From Acidobacteriota bacterium (GTDB taxonomy: Bacteria > Acidobacteriota > UBA4820 > DSQY01): a stretch of 64,000 bases of DNA. The position numbers and the translations under genes were made by a program. The stretch covers positions 12,489-76,488 of the forward strand of contig JBBINO010000003.1 in the NCBI GenBank assembly GCA_037443845.1, in the 5' to 3' direction. Below, in pieces: positions 35,216-43,439 of this stretch (the first letter of the stretch is position 1; each line of letters opens with the position of its first letter). Below the pieces are notes generated by a model that was not told where the DNA came from, did no database searches, and saw only the letters and a list, made by a program, of their open reading frames with translations.

Positions 35216-36131
35216 GCAGCACCTCCGAAGCGGGCATCAGGCGTTTGCCCTCCCGCTGCAAAACCGAAAAGAGTACCGTGGTCGCGCCTCCGCAAGCGAC
35301 AGCGAAGGGCTCCGAAGACAAAACCTCGCCTGGAACCGCTCCTTCGGGCGCCGCCGGCCCAACGGCGGCGGCGCGGGTCTTGATCATCTGGCCGTTGAAT
35401 GTGAAGAACGTCCCTGGCCAGGGCTCGAAGGCCCTTATCTGTCTTTCGATTTCGATGGCCGTCTTGGTGAAGTCCAGGGCGCCCTGAGCCTTCGCCAGGC
35501 GAGGCGCCTGGGTGGCGAGCGAGTCGTCTTGTCTTACGGGATGAAGATTCCCCGCTTTTAGCCCGCGAAGCGTCTCGATCAAAAGCTCGGCGCCCGTTTC
35601 GGCGAGAAGCCCCGTGAGAGATCCGGCCGTCGCTCCGTTCGGGATGGTTGTTATCTTCTGAAGGTAGATGGGGCCGCTGTCCAGCCCGGCCTCCATCTTC
35701 ATCGTTGTTACGCCGGTCTCAAGGTCGCCGGCCCAGATGGAATGGGCGATCGGAGAGGCGCCCCGGTGGCGCGGCAACAGTGATGCGTGAACGTTGAGGC
35801 AGCCGAGCGGCGGAATGTCCAGCACCGTTTGAGGCAGAATCTGCCCGTAGGCAACCACGACTATGACATCGGGGGCAAGATCGCGAAGGCGGGCCTGGAT
35901 TTCAGGCGTCCTGAGGCTCTTGGGCTGGATGATTTCTATCCCGGCCTCCCGGGCCATTTCCTTTACGGGAGGCTCGGATATCTTGTGGCCACGTCCGGCG
36001 ACGGCGTCCTGCCTTGTGAAAACGGCCACCGGCTTCGCCCCCCCGTCCATGAGCGCCTTGAGGCTTCGCGCCGCGAAGAAAGGCGTTCCCATGAACACGA
36101 CGCGGCCAGGAAGCGGGGGTGATGCCGTCAT
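35181..36131 (-). CDS. fmt: Methionyl-tRNA formyltransferase
   Basis: VVFMGTPFFA N-terminal formyltransferase fold, HASLLPRHRG catalytic motif, C-terminal Fmt domain. 316 aa. Confidence 0.9.
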   Translation of the reverse strand: MTASPPLPGRVVFMGTPFFAARSLKALMDGGAKPVAVFTRQDAVAGRGHKISEPPVKEMAREAGIEIIQPKSLRTPEIQARLRDLAPDVIVVVAYGQILPQTVLDIPPLGCLNVHASLLPRHRGASPIAHSIWAGDLETGVTTMKMEAGLDSGPIYLQKITTIPNGATAGSLTGLLAETGAELLIETLRGLKAGNLHPVRQDDSLATQAPRLAKAQGALDFTKTAIEIERQIRAFEPWPGTFFTFNGQMIKTRAAAVGPAAPEGAVPGEVLSSEPFAVACGGATTVLFSVLQREGKRLMPASEVLRGFNIPPGSRL

Positions 36132-36220
36132 AACGTTCTCCGCGGTAAGAAGCGTTCGGCGTTCAGCGAACAGAAGGCCTAGGTCGCCTCGATGCCGCCC
36201 GGGCGCCTTTTTTCAAGCCA

Positions 36221-36254
36221 CTAAACACCAAACACAAGACACTAAACACTAACC
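36221..36254. repeat. Heptamer tract related to repeat copies A and C (partial copy B), in the def-fmt spacer
   Basis: CTAAACAC CAAACAC AAGACAC TAAACAC: four tandem YAARCAC heptamers. The same heptamers form the 5' block of copies A (AAGACAC CAAACAC) and C (AAGACAC CAGACAC). Confidence 0.4.
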
Positions 36255-36267
36255 CCAGCCACTACTT

Positions 36268-36813
36268 TCATCCCTCGCGTGTCGCCATCGGGTATGGGTC
36301 GTCCCACTCACCATCCTTGACGAGCTTCTTGATCTTGCGCTTTACGATGTCGCGCTTGAGCATAGAGAGGTGGTCAATGAAGAGCACGCCGTCGAGGTGG
36401 TCCATCTCGTGGGAAATCGCTTTGCTCAGGAATTCCTCTCCCTCGATCTCGAAGCTCTCGCCCTTTCTATCGAGCGCGCGGATTTTGACCTTCGCCGGCC
36501 GCTCTAGCTTTTCGTAGATGAGCGGGATCGAAAGGCATCCCTCCTCGCCCGTCATCTCGCCTTCTTTGGAGACGAACTCCGGGTTTATGAAGAAGACGAG
36601 ATTTTCCTTCCCGTCGTGGGCGCCGAGGTCTATCACCATGACGCGGACCGGCACGCCAACCTGCGGCGCTGCGAGCCCGGCGCCTTTGGCGTGGCGCATC
36701 GTTTCGGCCATGTCGTCCAAGAGAGCCTGAATCTCGGTGGTGATTTCCCCAACGGCTGCGCACTTCTTCCGCAGAACCGGAGAGCCGTATAGTTCAATTT
36801 TCCTTATGGCCAT
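36268..36813 (-). CDS. def: Peptide deformylase
   Basis: GxGxAAxQ (GAGLAAPQVG), EGCLS and HEMDH metal-binding motifs. 181 aa. Confidence 0.9.
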   Translation of the reverse strand: MAIRKIELYGSPVLRKKCAAVGEITTEIQALLDDMAETMRHAKGAGLAAPQVGVPVRVMVIDLGAHDGKENLVFFINPEFVSKEGEMTGEEGCLSIPLIYEKLERPAKVKIRALDRKGESFEIEGEEFLSKAISHEMDHLDGVLFIDHLSMLKRDIVKRKIKKLVKDGEWDDPYPMATREG

Positions 36814-36844
36814 CTCTCTGCTTCCCCGCGCCGCCGCGGTTGGG

Positions 36845-37816
36845 TCAACTATGGCGTGGCTGGAGCCGCGCCCTCACGGCGGAAATGGTTTTCGCCACCC
36901 GCTCCTCTATCAGCCGTTCCAGCCGTTCCTTCACCTGCGGCAGCGATTCGAGCCGCTCTCTCGCCGCCGTGCCCGGCATTTCCAGCAGGGTTGACGGCTC
37001 CGCCGCGGTCACCGTGGCCGTGCGAGGAACGTGATTCAGAAAGGCCACCTCGCCCAGGACGTCGCCGCGCGCCAAAGCGGAGAGCTCAACGGTTTCGCCT
37101 CCTATCACCGCCCTGGCGACGAGCCGTCCCTTCGTGACTAGGTAGACGGCCTCGCCCGCGTCTCCCTCCTTAAGGAGAATCTCTCCGGCATTGAGCTCCT
37201 TCCGGCCGAAGATGTCCATAAGTTCCATCACTTCGTTGGGATCAAGGCCGGGGAATGCCTCGATGAGCAGTGCCGCATCATCGGAGCTGGCCTCTCTGGG
37301 GCCCTCGGGCGACAGCGCGCCAACAGGCAAAGGCTCCAACTCCATGGGCGGGGCCTCGACTTCAACGGAGGAAGCGGAATCAACCCGCGGCTCGCTGCTC
37401 GTAACCGCCACGGCTTCCACAGGCACGGGCTCTGACTCTGCCGGGGCCGGAGCTTTTAACGCATCCAGATCGAACGAGAAGACTCCACTCTGAGAGCCGG
37501 CCTCCTCAAGCTCCGCCACGCGCTTGGCGAGCAGGCCGTCGGAAGGGAGGAGCTTGGCCGCCTTGCGGAAAAGAGCCGCCGCCTTGGGCCTGTCGCCAGA
37601 AGCGAGCGCTCCCTCGCCCTCCTGGCGGTATATGGCCGCGGCGTCTTCGCCCCGGCCCGCTCCTTCATAAGCCTCGGCGAGCCGCCACCTGAGCGAAGGA
37701 TCGTTGGGCGTCCGTTGTAGCTTCGCCTCGATGAGCTTTATCGCCTTCTTGAACTCACCGGCTTGAAGCAGAGCTAGCGGATCATCCTGCGTTTTCCCCT
37801 TAGCGAAAAGCGCCAT
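36845..37816 (-). CDS. TPR-repeat plus cyclic-nucleotide-binding (cNMP) domain protein
   Basis: N-terminal TPR-like helices (PNDPSLRWRLAEAYEGAG). C-terminal cNMP-binding beta-roll (ILLKEGDAGEAVYLVTKGRL ... GDVLGEVAFL). 323 aa. Confidence 0.65.
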   Translation of the reverse strand: MALFAKGKTQDDPLALLQAGEFKKAIKLIEAKLQRTPNDPSLRWRLAEAYEGAGRGEDAAAIYRQEGEGALASGDRPKAAALFRKAAKLLPSDGLLAKRVAELEEAGSQSGVFSFDLDALKAPAPAESEPVPVEAVAVTSSEPRVDSASSVEVEAPPMELEPLPVGALSPEGPREASSDDAALLIEAFPGLDPNEVMELMDIFGRKELNAGEILLKEGDAGEAVYLVTKGRLVARAVIGGETVELSALARGDVLGEVAFLNHVPRTATVTAAEPSTLLEMPGTAARERLESLPQVKERLERLIEERVAKTISAVRARLQPRHS

Positions 37817-37886
37817 GACCGGCCTCCACGGCCTTGTATATTACTCCAACGGGATTGTTTTCTCAACGCCGCCGCAGGAGAGGCCA

Positions 37887-37952
37887 GGAAGTGGGGAAGG
37901 GTGAGAAGGTGAGAAGGGTGGGAAGGTTGGGAAGGGGCGCAAGGTGAAGAAG
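37887..37952. repeat. Purine-rich degenerate tandem repeat (about 8 units of GRGAAGGKT) in a divergent promoter region
   Basis: GGAAGTGG GGAAGGGT GAGAAGGT GAGAAGGGT GGGAAGGTT GGGAAGGGGC GCAAGGT GAAGAAGG. Lies 70-135 nt upstream of the minus-strand TPR/cNMP gene and 95-160 nt upstream of the plus-strand HD gene. Confidence 0.5.
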
Positions 37953-38044
37953 GCGCGCGCTCTCTATGCTCGCCGCCTTGCCCTCCTGCCTGCATAGTGG
38001 GAAAATGACTGGCAGCCGGGGTAGCCCGGAGGAGGGGCATCTCG

Positions 38045-38614
38045 ATGAAGAGGATACAGTTTGAAGAGTTGCTTCAGCCCTGGATTGACCGGATCGGGGA
38101 CGACGCCTTGAGGGGAAAGGTCATAGCCACGTTCCAATCGGCTCTTGACAAGAGCGGCTACGCGAAGGCCGAACAGTTTCTAAGGATGCCCTTCACTCTC
38201 CTGACCAATTGCCGCGGCGTCACCTTTCTGGAACACACGCTGGCGGTGACGGCCGGTGCCGTGGGCCTCGCGCAGGCGCAGATGAGCCACTACCGCAGGC
38301 CGCCTTATTCAATAAAGATGGACAGGCTGATAGCCGGCGGCTTGTTGCACGACGTCGGGAAGATCGTCGAAATCGAGCCGTGCAAGGATGGATATCGAAA
38401 GAGCCGCAACGGGATGTGCATGCGCCACCCGATCTCGGGCGTTGCGCTGGCCTACGAACAGGGGCTGCCACCCGAAGTCCTGAACTGCATCGGCTGTCAT
38501 GCCAAGGAGGGCGAGGGCCGCCCGCAAACAATCGAGACGGTCCTCATCCACCAAGCCGATTACGCGACGTTCGATCCGCTCGTCATGCTGGAAAAAAGGA
38601 GCCTCATATATTGA
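38045..38614 (+). CDS. HD-domain (HDIG-type) metal-dependent phosphohydrolase
   Basis: H ... LLHDVGK ... (HD motif), downstream His/Asp ligands. 189 aa. Confidence 0.7.
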   Translation: MKRIQFEELLQPWIDRIGDDALRGKVIATFQSALDKSGYAKAEQFLRMPFTLLTNCRGVTFLEHTLAVTAGAVGLAQAQMSHYRRPPYSIKMDRLIAGGLLHDVGKIVEIEPCKDGYRKSRNGMCMRHPISGVALAYEQGLPPEVLNCIGCHAKEGEGRPQTIETVLIHQADYATFDPLVMLEKRSLIY

Positions 38615-38633
38615 ATTCAAGGGAGGTCATGTC

Positions 38634-38957
38634 ATGAGCGACGCATACTATCCGCCACCGCCCCCTCCGGTTCAGCCGTACGCCGCGGACAAGGCAAGCG
38701 GCATGGCCATCACCGCGCTTATCTTCGGCATCCTGAGCTTCTGCTGCTGCGGATTCATTGCAGGCATCCCGGCGCTGGTGCTCGGCTTCATGGAAAACGG
38801 CAAGATCAACCGGGGAGCTTCGAGCGCAAAGGGAAAGTGGATGGCCATCGTGGCCATAGTCCTCGGGATAATCTCCGTCGTGATGGGCTGCATCCAGATC
38901 ATCTGGATATTCTTCTTCGGCGGATTGCAGGTCCTTCAGGGCATGATGCAGCACTAG
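38634..38957 (+). CDS. DUF4190-like small membrane protein with a Pro-rich N-terminus
   Basis: MSDAYYPPPPPPVQPY ... two TM helices with GILS/CCCG and GKW motifs typical of DUF4190. Start at ATG 38634 (GGGAGG RBS); the longer ORF from 38499 overlaps the HD gene. Confidence 0.55.
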   Translation: MSDAYYPPPPPPVQPYAADKASGMAITALIFGILSFCCCGFIAGIPALVLGFMENGKINRGASSAKGKWMAIVAIVLGIISVVMGCIQIIWIFFFGGLQVLQGMMQH

Positions 38958-39214
38958 GAGAACGTCACATTTGCCGGCAAGCCATAGCGCGCGGCGGAAT
39001 AGGTTCGCGCAGGCCGTCCCCAGTCGCGGGTCTGCTTGAAGACGCCGTGAACGCCGGCAAATGCGCTCGTGCCGAAGATATCAAAGTCGCCGAATCGGGG
39101 CCCTGCAATGCCATACCAGGCGGGAAGGTGTAGGTTGTTTAGCCCCCCATGAGCGCGCGCCTTCGTTGCCCGCGCGACATGCAAACTACGGGCGGTGCAA
39201 ACCAACGACGAGCC

Positions 39215-39418
39215 CACAAGACACCAGACACTTCTTTTCCCCCGTGCCTGGGGGGCAATTGGGAATTTTGAATTTTCAATTTTCAATTGTGGTACTTCTT
39301 ATCTATCGGCGATTCCGGCATCAATTCAAAATTTAGAATTTAGCATCCATAATTCGGCGTTGGCCCCCGCGCCGGTGGTTCAATCTTTCCCTTCGTGTCC
39401 TTTGTGACCTTCCTGGTG
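39215..39418. repeat. Repeated intergenic element, copy C (conserved 5' and 3' blocks flanking a 130-bp AT-rich palindromic core)
   Basis: 39215-39248 and 39379-39418 match copy A (see 16933..17059). Core 39255-39345 is AT-rich, with AATTTTG/AATTTTC x3, AATTTAG x2, and the inverted pair GAATTTTGAATT / AATTCAAAATT. Confidence 0.5.
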
Positions 39419-39487
39419 AACGTTCTTCGCCAGCGCGCGGCTTGCATCGGCGCGCGGGTTCTGTCATCTTATGGGCGTGGAGGCGCG

Positions 39488-41107
39488 ATGGCTGGCGATG
39501 ATGGCTCTGGCGGTTCTAGTCAAGAGAGAACCTGGGACTTCGCCGTGGTGGGCTCCGGTTTCGGGGGCTCGGTTTCGGCGTTGAGGCTCGCCGAAAAAGG
39601 TTACTCGGTCCTCGTTCTGGAAATGGGCAAGCGATTCAGGCCGGACGATTTCGCCAGGACGAACTGGAACCTGCGGCGATTCTTCTGGGCGCCCCGCCTC
39701 TTTTGCCACGGCATACAGCAGTTGACGCTGCTGCGCGACGTGCTCGTCCTGCATGGCGCGGGCGTGGGCGGTGGAAGCCTCGTTTACGCCAACACGCTGA
39801 TGCGCCCGCACCCGAACGCTTTCAAGGACCAACAGTGGAGCGGGCTCTGCGACTGGGAAAAGGTGCTCGAACCTCACTACGCGGAAGTTGCCCGGATGCT
39901 CGGCCTCGCCGAGAACCCGAAGATGACCCCGGCCGACGACGCCATGCGCGAAGTCGCCGGCGAGCTGGGGGCACTGAAGAGCTTCGAGCCGACGAAGGTG
40001 GCCGTCTTTTTCGGCGAAGCCGGGAAAGCCTCTCCCGACCCCTATTTTGGCGGCGATGGCCCGGCGCGCGAGGGGTGCACCTTCTGCGGCGGCTGCATGA
40101 CCGGGTGCCGGCCGGGGGCGAAGAACACGCTCGACAAAAATTATCTCCACTTGGCGGAAAAGCTCGGAGCCGTCATCGAGCCGGAGACCCGCGTCCGGTA
40201 CATTGAACCGCTTGATGGAGCAGGTTACAAACTGCACGCCGAGCGTTCGACGGCCATCGTCCATCAAAGGCGGCGCGCCATCCTGGCGAGGAACGTCGTT
40301 TTCTCGGCCGGCGTCCTGGGAACCGTTCCGCTTCTTCTCGAATGCCGCCGCCGGGGAACGCTGCCCCGGCTTTCCAAGAGGCTCGGAGAGGTCACGCGCA
40401 CCAACAGCGAGGCGCTTTTGGCCATCACGGCTTGGAGCAAGAAGGTGGACCAGAGCGCGGGCATCGCCATCACGTCGCACTTCTACCTTGAAGACGGGAC
40501 GAGGGCGGAGCCGGTCCGGTACCAGAGGGGATCGGACGTGATGACGCTTTTGGGTACGACGCTGACCGACGGCGGAACGTGGCTGACGCGCCCAGTGAAG
40601 TGGCTCTGGAACTCGATCCTCAAGCCGCACCACTTCCTCCGCGCCTTCTGGCCGATCGGGAAGGCCCGAAGAACCGTCATCCTTCTGCTGATGCAGACCG
40701 CCGATAACCGCACGACGCTTCGGCTGAGGCGCAGCCTTGCCTGGCCCTTCGCGTTCAGACCCTCCTCGCGCCCGGCGCCGGACCATGTCCCGATACCCGC
40801 TTACATTCCGATAGCAAACGACATAGCTAGAAGGCTGGCGAGGAAGCTCCACGGCGTGCCGCAGAGCTCGCTCAACGAGGTGCTTCTGAATATTCCGACG
40901 ACGGCGCACATCCTTGGGGGATGCGTCATGGGCAGGAGCGCCGAAGAGGGGGTCTGCGATTCTCAAGGGAGGGTCTTCGGCCATGACGGCCTCTACGTCG
41001 CCGACGGCTCGATCATCGGGGCCAACCTGGGAGCCAACCCGAGCTTCACCATCGCCGCGCTTGCCGAACACGTCATGAGCAATATCGCGCCGAGGATGGA
41101 AAAGTAA
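39488..41107 (+). CDS. GMC-family FAD-dependent oxidoreductase (cholesterol-oxidase/choline-dehydrogenase-like)
   Basis: N-terminal FAD Rossmann motif DFAVVGSGFGGSVSALRLAEKG. GMC C-terminal domain with an active-site His region. Start moved to ATG 39488 (MAGDDG; GGAGG upstream) because the ORF-track start 39395 lies inside the repeat element. Confidence 0.8.
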   Translation: MAGDDGSGGSSQERTWDFAVVGSGFGGSVSALRLAEKGYSVLVLEMGKRFRPDDFARTNWNLRRFFWAPRLFCHGIQQLTLLRDVLVLHGAGVGGGSLVYANTLMRPHPNAFKDQQWSGLCDWEKVLEPHYAEVARMLGLAENPKMTPADDAMREVAGELGALKSFEPTKVAVFFGEAGKASPDPYFGGDGPAREGCTFCGGCMTGCRPGAKNTLDKNYLHLAEKLGAVIEPETRVRYIEPLDGAGYKLHAERSTAIVHQRRRAILARNVVFSAGVLGTVPLLLECRRRGTLPRLSKRLGEVTRTNSEALLAITAWSKKVDQSAGIAITSHFYLEDGTRAEPVRYQRGSDVMTLLGTTLTDGGTWLTRPVKWLWNSILKPHHFLRAFWPIGKARRTVILLLMQTADNRTTLRLRRSLAWPFAFRPSSRPAPDHVPIPAYIPIANDIARRLARKLHGVPQSSLNEVLLNIPTTAHILGGCVMGRSAEEGVCDSQGRVFGHDGLYVADGSIIGANLGANPSFTIAALAEHVMSNIAPRMEK

Positions 41108-41199
41108 AGAGCGCGGCGCCTGGAGCCCCATGTCTTGTCTCTGGCGTTGGCAACGCAAGGGTGGCGCCTGAATCAGCAACCGTCAGTAATCAGGACATT

Positions 41200-41817
41200 T
41201 CAGCGGCCCCGGCCAAACAATTTCCACGGAACGAAGGCGGGGGCATCGCGCTTGTATTCAAGGTAGGCTTCGCCAAATTGGGCCGTCAGCTTTCGCTCCT
41301 CAAGCCACGTCCCCACAAAAACGTACATGGTCAGGACGATGGAGGCGGCCAGGTCGCCGGAGTCCATGCCATGTCCCCAGAGAAGGAGAATGGTCGCGGC
41401 ATAATAGGGGTGGCGGATGTGCTTCAAGACTCCGTCAAAAGAGAGCGAGGAGGCCGCCGCCGGTTCACCGCGCAGGGCGGCACGCGCCGCCGCGAACCCC
41501 ATGAAATCGTTCGCCTTGTAGGAGCGAAACCCCAGATATAGGAGCCATATGCCCAGCACGTCCATGGCAATTGGAATCGCGAGCCAAGGGCCGCTCCATT
41601 TGACGATGAAATTGGACCGCCAAAAAATGTGCAGGGCTGCTATTGGGACCAGAGTGGCGGTCGCGAACAGGTTGTAAAGTAGCCGCTGCCAGCCTGCCCG
41701 CCGCCCCAGAAGGTTGGCAATCTTAGCCGAAAACGGAGGCCAGATTAGAAGGCTGTGCAACGCCCCCCACAAAGCCCAAAGCACCGCTATGGCGGATACT
41801 CTCCAACAGCCCGTCAC
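41200..41817 (-). CDS. Isoprenylcysteine carboxyl methyltransferase (ICMT)/phospholipid methyltransferase-family membrane protein
   Basis: Five TM helices and C-terminal RHPYY ... E ... L ... FG ... Y ... Y SAM-binding motif of the ICMT/PEMT family. GTG start. Confidence 0.7.
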   Translation of the reverse strand: MTGCWRVSAIAVLWALWGALHSLLIWPPFSAKIANLLGRRAGWQRLLYNLFATATLVPIAALHIFWRSNFIVKWSGPWLAIPIAMDVLGIWLLYLGFRSYKANDFMGFAAARAALRGEPAAASSLSFDGVLKHIRHPYYAATILLLWGHGMDSGDLAASIVLTMYVFVGTWLEERKLTAQFGEAYLEYKRDAPAFVPWKLFGRGR

Positions 41818-41895
41818 GCAAGTAGTGTAACAGAAGGAGCCGCGCGTACAAACCGGGCCGGCGGCCCCCGAATGAGGCTTTCAAGAGAGGGCCTC

Positions 41896-41925
41896 AAAAG
41901 AAAAGGGGGCCCCAGGCGGGGCCCC
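41896..41925 (-). terminator. Rho-independent terminator (minus strand) about 240 nt downstream of ispG
   Basis: Minus-strand GGGGCCCC-GCCT-GGGGCCCC, a perfect 8-bp GC stem with 4-nt loop, followed by CTTTTCTTTT. Confidence 0.6.
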
Positions 41926-42163
41926 AAGGAGGGGGAAATGGGATATGGGGGGTGGATCTCCCTCAGGGACGACTTCCTCGTCCCGAGTCTCGCAAAGTCA
42001 GTTGCCTGCTCCTCATGGCGCCAACAAGTCCGGCCGCCATTTTGGTGACTGCGGAGCAAGCCGTTACTGTCCGAAGAGGAATATAGGTCAAAATGGCACG
42101 AAAGTCAAGCGGAAGAGGAAACGCCCACTCCCGCGGCGGGGCCATTGCCCCGGCCCAGGTCCT

Positions 42164-43417
42164 TCAATCTTTGGGCGCGGGTCCTAGCGGGTAGTGGCTC
42201 TTGACGTACTCTTCAATCATCTTCTGGAAGGCGGCGGAGAGTTCCTCGCTTCCGCCTTCAAGAAATGCCGTCATCTCTCCGTCAATAAAGACCGGGCATT
42301 TTGGCGACTCGCCGGTTCCGGGGAGCGATATCCCTATGCTGGCGGCCTTGGATTCGCCCGGGCCGTTGACGATGCAGCCCATGACCGCCACGGTGAGGTT
42401 CTCGACGCCGGAATAGCGCGCCCGCCATCCCACCATCTTCTCTTTCAAGAAGCGGTCCACGTCCTGCGCCAATTGCTGAAAGGTAGATGAGGTCGTTCTT
42501 CCGCAGCCGGGACACGAGGTGACGCTGGGGGCGAACGCCCTCAGGCCGAGCGCTTGCAGCAACTCCTGGCAAGCATAGACTTCCTGCCGCCTGTCGCCGC
42601 CTGGCTCCGGCGTCAGCGATATCCGTATCGTGTCCCCTATTCCCTCGCTCAAGAGAATGCCCATGGCAGCCGCGGACCATACGAGGCCTCTAGCCCCCAT
42701 TCCAGCTTCGGTAAGGCCCAGGTGGAGAGGCTGCTTCGTCTTATCCGCGAGCTTCCGGTACAGGGTGATCAACTCCACCGGGCGCGACGTCTTGCACGAG
42801 ATGATGATCCGGTCCTCGCCAAGGCCGCACTTCACGGCAAGGGCGGTTGATTCGAGCGCGGAGAGAACCATGCATTCGCCGAGAATCTCCTCGGAACCTT
42901 TCCCCAGGGATTTCTCGCTGTTCTCGCGCATCTTCGCCATGACCAGCTCCTGGTTCAAGGAGCCGGAGTTCACGCCGATGCGCACCGCCTTGCCGTTATC
43001 GGCGGCAATCTTGCAGATGGCGGCGAACTGCTCGTCGCGGCGCTTGCCGTGGCCTACGTTTCCGGGATTGATCCTGTATTTTTCCAGAGCTTTGGCGCAC
43101 TCCGGGGACCCGGCCAACAGAAGGTGGCCGTTGTAATGGAAGTCACCGATGAGAGGCACGGCCGCTCCCGCCACCTCCATTCGCATCTTGATTTCGGGCA
43201 CCGCTGCCGCCGCTTCCGGCGTGTTCACTGTCACCCGAACCATCTCCGAGCCGGCTTGCGCGAGCCCGATGCACTGCGCGGCCGTAGCCGCTACATCCGC
43301 CGTGTTTGTGTTGGCCATTGACTGGACGACGACCGGCGCGCCTCCGCCGATTTGAACCGATCCGACTTTGACGCCCGTGGTAAGGCGGCGGTTGATGAAA
43401 GGCATTCCATCCTCCAT
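42164..43417 (-). CDS. ispG: 4-hydroxy-3-methylbut-2-en-1-yl diphosphate synthase (IspG/GcpE), long form
   Basis: TIM-barrel N-domain (VQSMANTNT ... RVTVNTPE). Inserted domain, and a C-terminal 4Fe-4S domain with CPGCGRT ... C ... E ligands. 417 aa. Confidence 0.9.
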   Translation of the reverse strand: MEDGMPFINRRLTTGVKVGSVQIGGGAPVVVQSMANTNTADVAATAAQCIGLAQAGSEMVRVTVNTPEAAAAVPEIKMRMEVAGAAVPLIGDFHYNGHLLLAGSPECAKALEKYRINPGNVGHGKRRDEQFAAICKIAADNGKAVRIGVNSGSLNQELVMAKMRENSEKSLGKGSEEILGECMVLSALESTALAVKCGLGEDRIIISCKTSRPVELITLYRKLADKTKQPLHLGLTEAGMGARGLVWSAAAMGILLSEGIGDTIRISLTPEPGGDRRQEVYACQELLQALGLRAFAPSVTSCPGCGRTTSSTFQQLAQDVDRFLKEKMVGWRARYSGVENLTVAVMGCIVNGPGESKAASIGISLPGTGESPKCPVFIDGEMTAFLEGGSEELSAAFQKMIEEYVKSHYPLGPAPKD

Positions 43418-43439
43418 TAGCGGCTTGCCTGCAGGTGTT

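Noticed and set aside
36196-36215. Plus-strand GC palindrome plus T6 (GCCGCCCGGGCGCC-TTTTTT) as a terminator in the def-fmt spacer
   Set aside because: The palindrome has no room for a loop (CCCGGG centre), and it is oriented against the minus-strand def-fmt transcription. It is more likely part of the spacer repeat region.
36221-36254. CRISPR array or mobile element as the explanation for the heptamer/nonamer tracts and repeated blocks
   Set aside because: Units are 7-9 bp, contiguous and degenerate, with no spacers. There are no cas genes, transposases, integrases or terminal inverted repeats in the window.
38954-39407. Small ORFs in the AT-rich intergenic island (38954..39286 -, 39061..39336 +, 39195..39407 +)
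   Set aside because: They have no RBS, overlap each other in different frames, their composition is driven by the AT-rich repeats, and they show no motifs.
39464-41179. Very long antisense ORFs opposite bona fide genes: 571 aa opposite the GMC oxidoreductase; 8160..9413 + opposite the histidine kinase; 59083..60366 + opposite rpoD; 20198..21274 - and 21178..22377 - opposite RqcH and the binding protein; 48039..48944 + and 49043..49915 + opposite metG; 62776..63726 + opposite mutS2
   Set aside because: These are typical high-GC shadow ORFs. Their translations are Arg/Pro/Gly-rich low-complexity sequence with no motifs, while the opposite strand encodes proteins with clear family signatures.
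42092-42108. Sigma-54-like TGGCAC-N5 element (TGGCACGAAAGTCAAGC)
   Set aside because: The -12 TTGC element is absent, and on the plus strand it would drive transcription into the 3' end of the convergent ispG gene.
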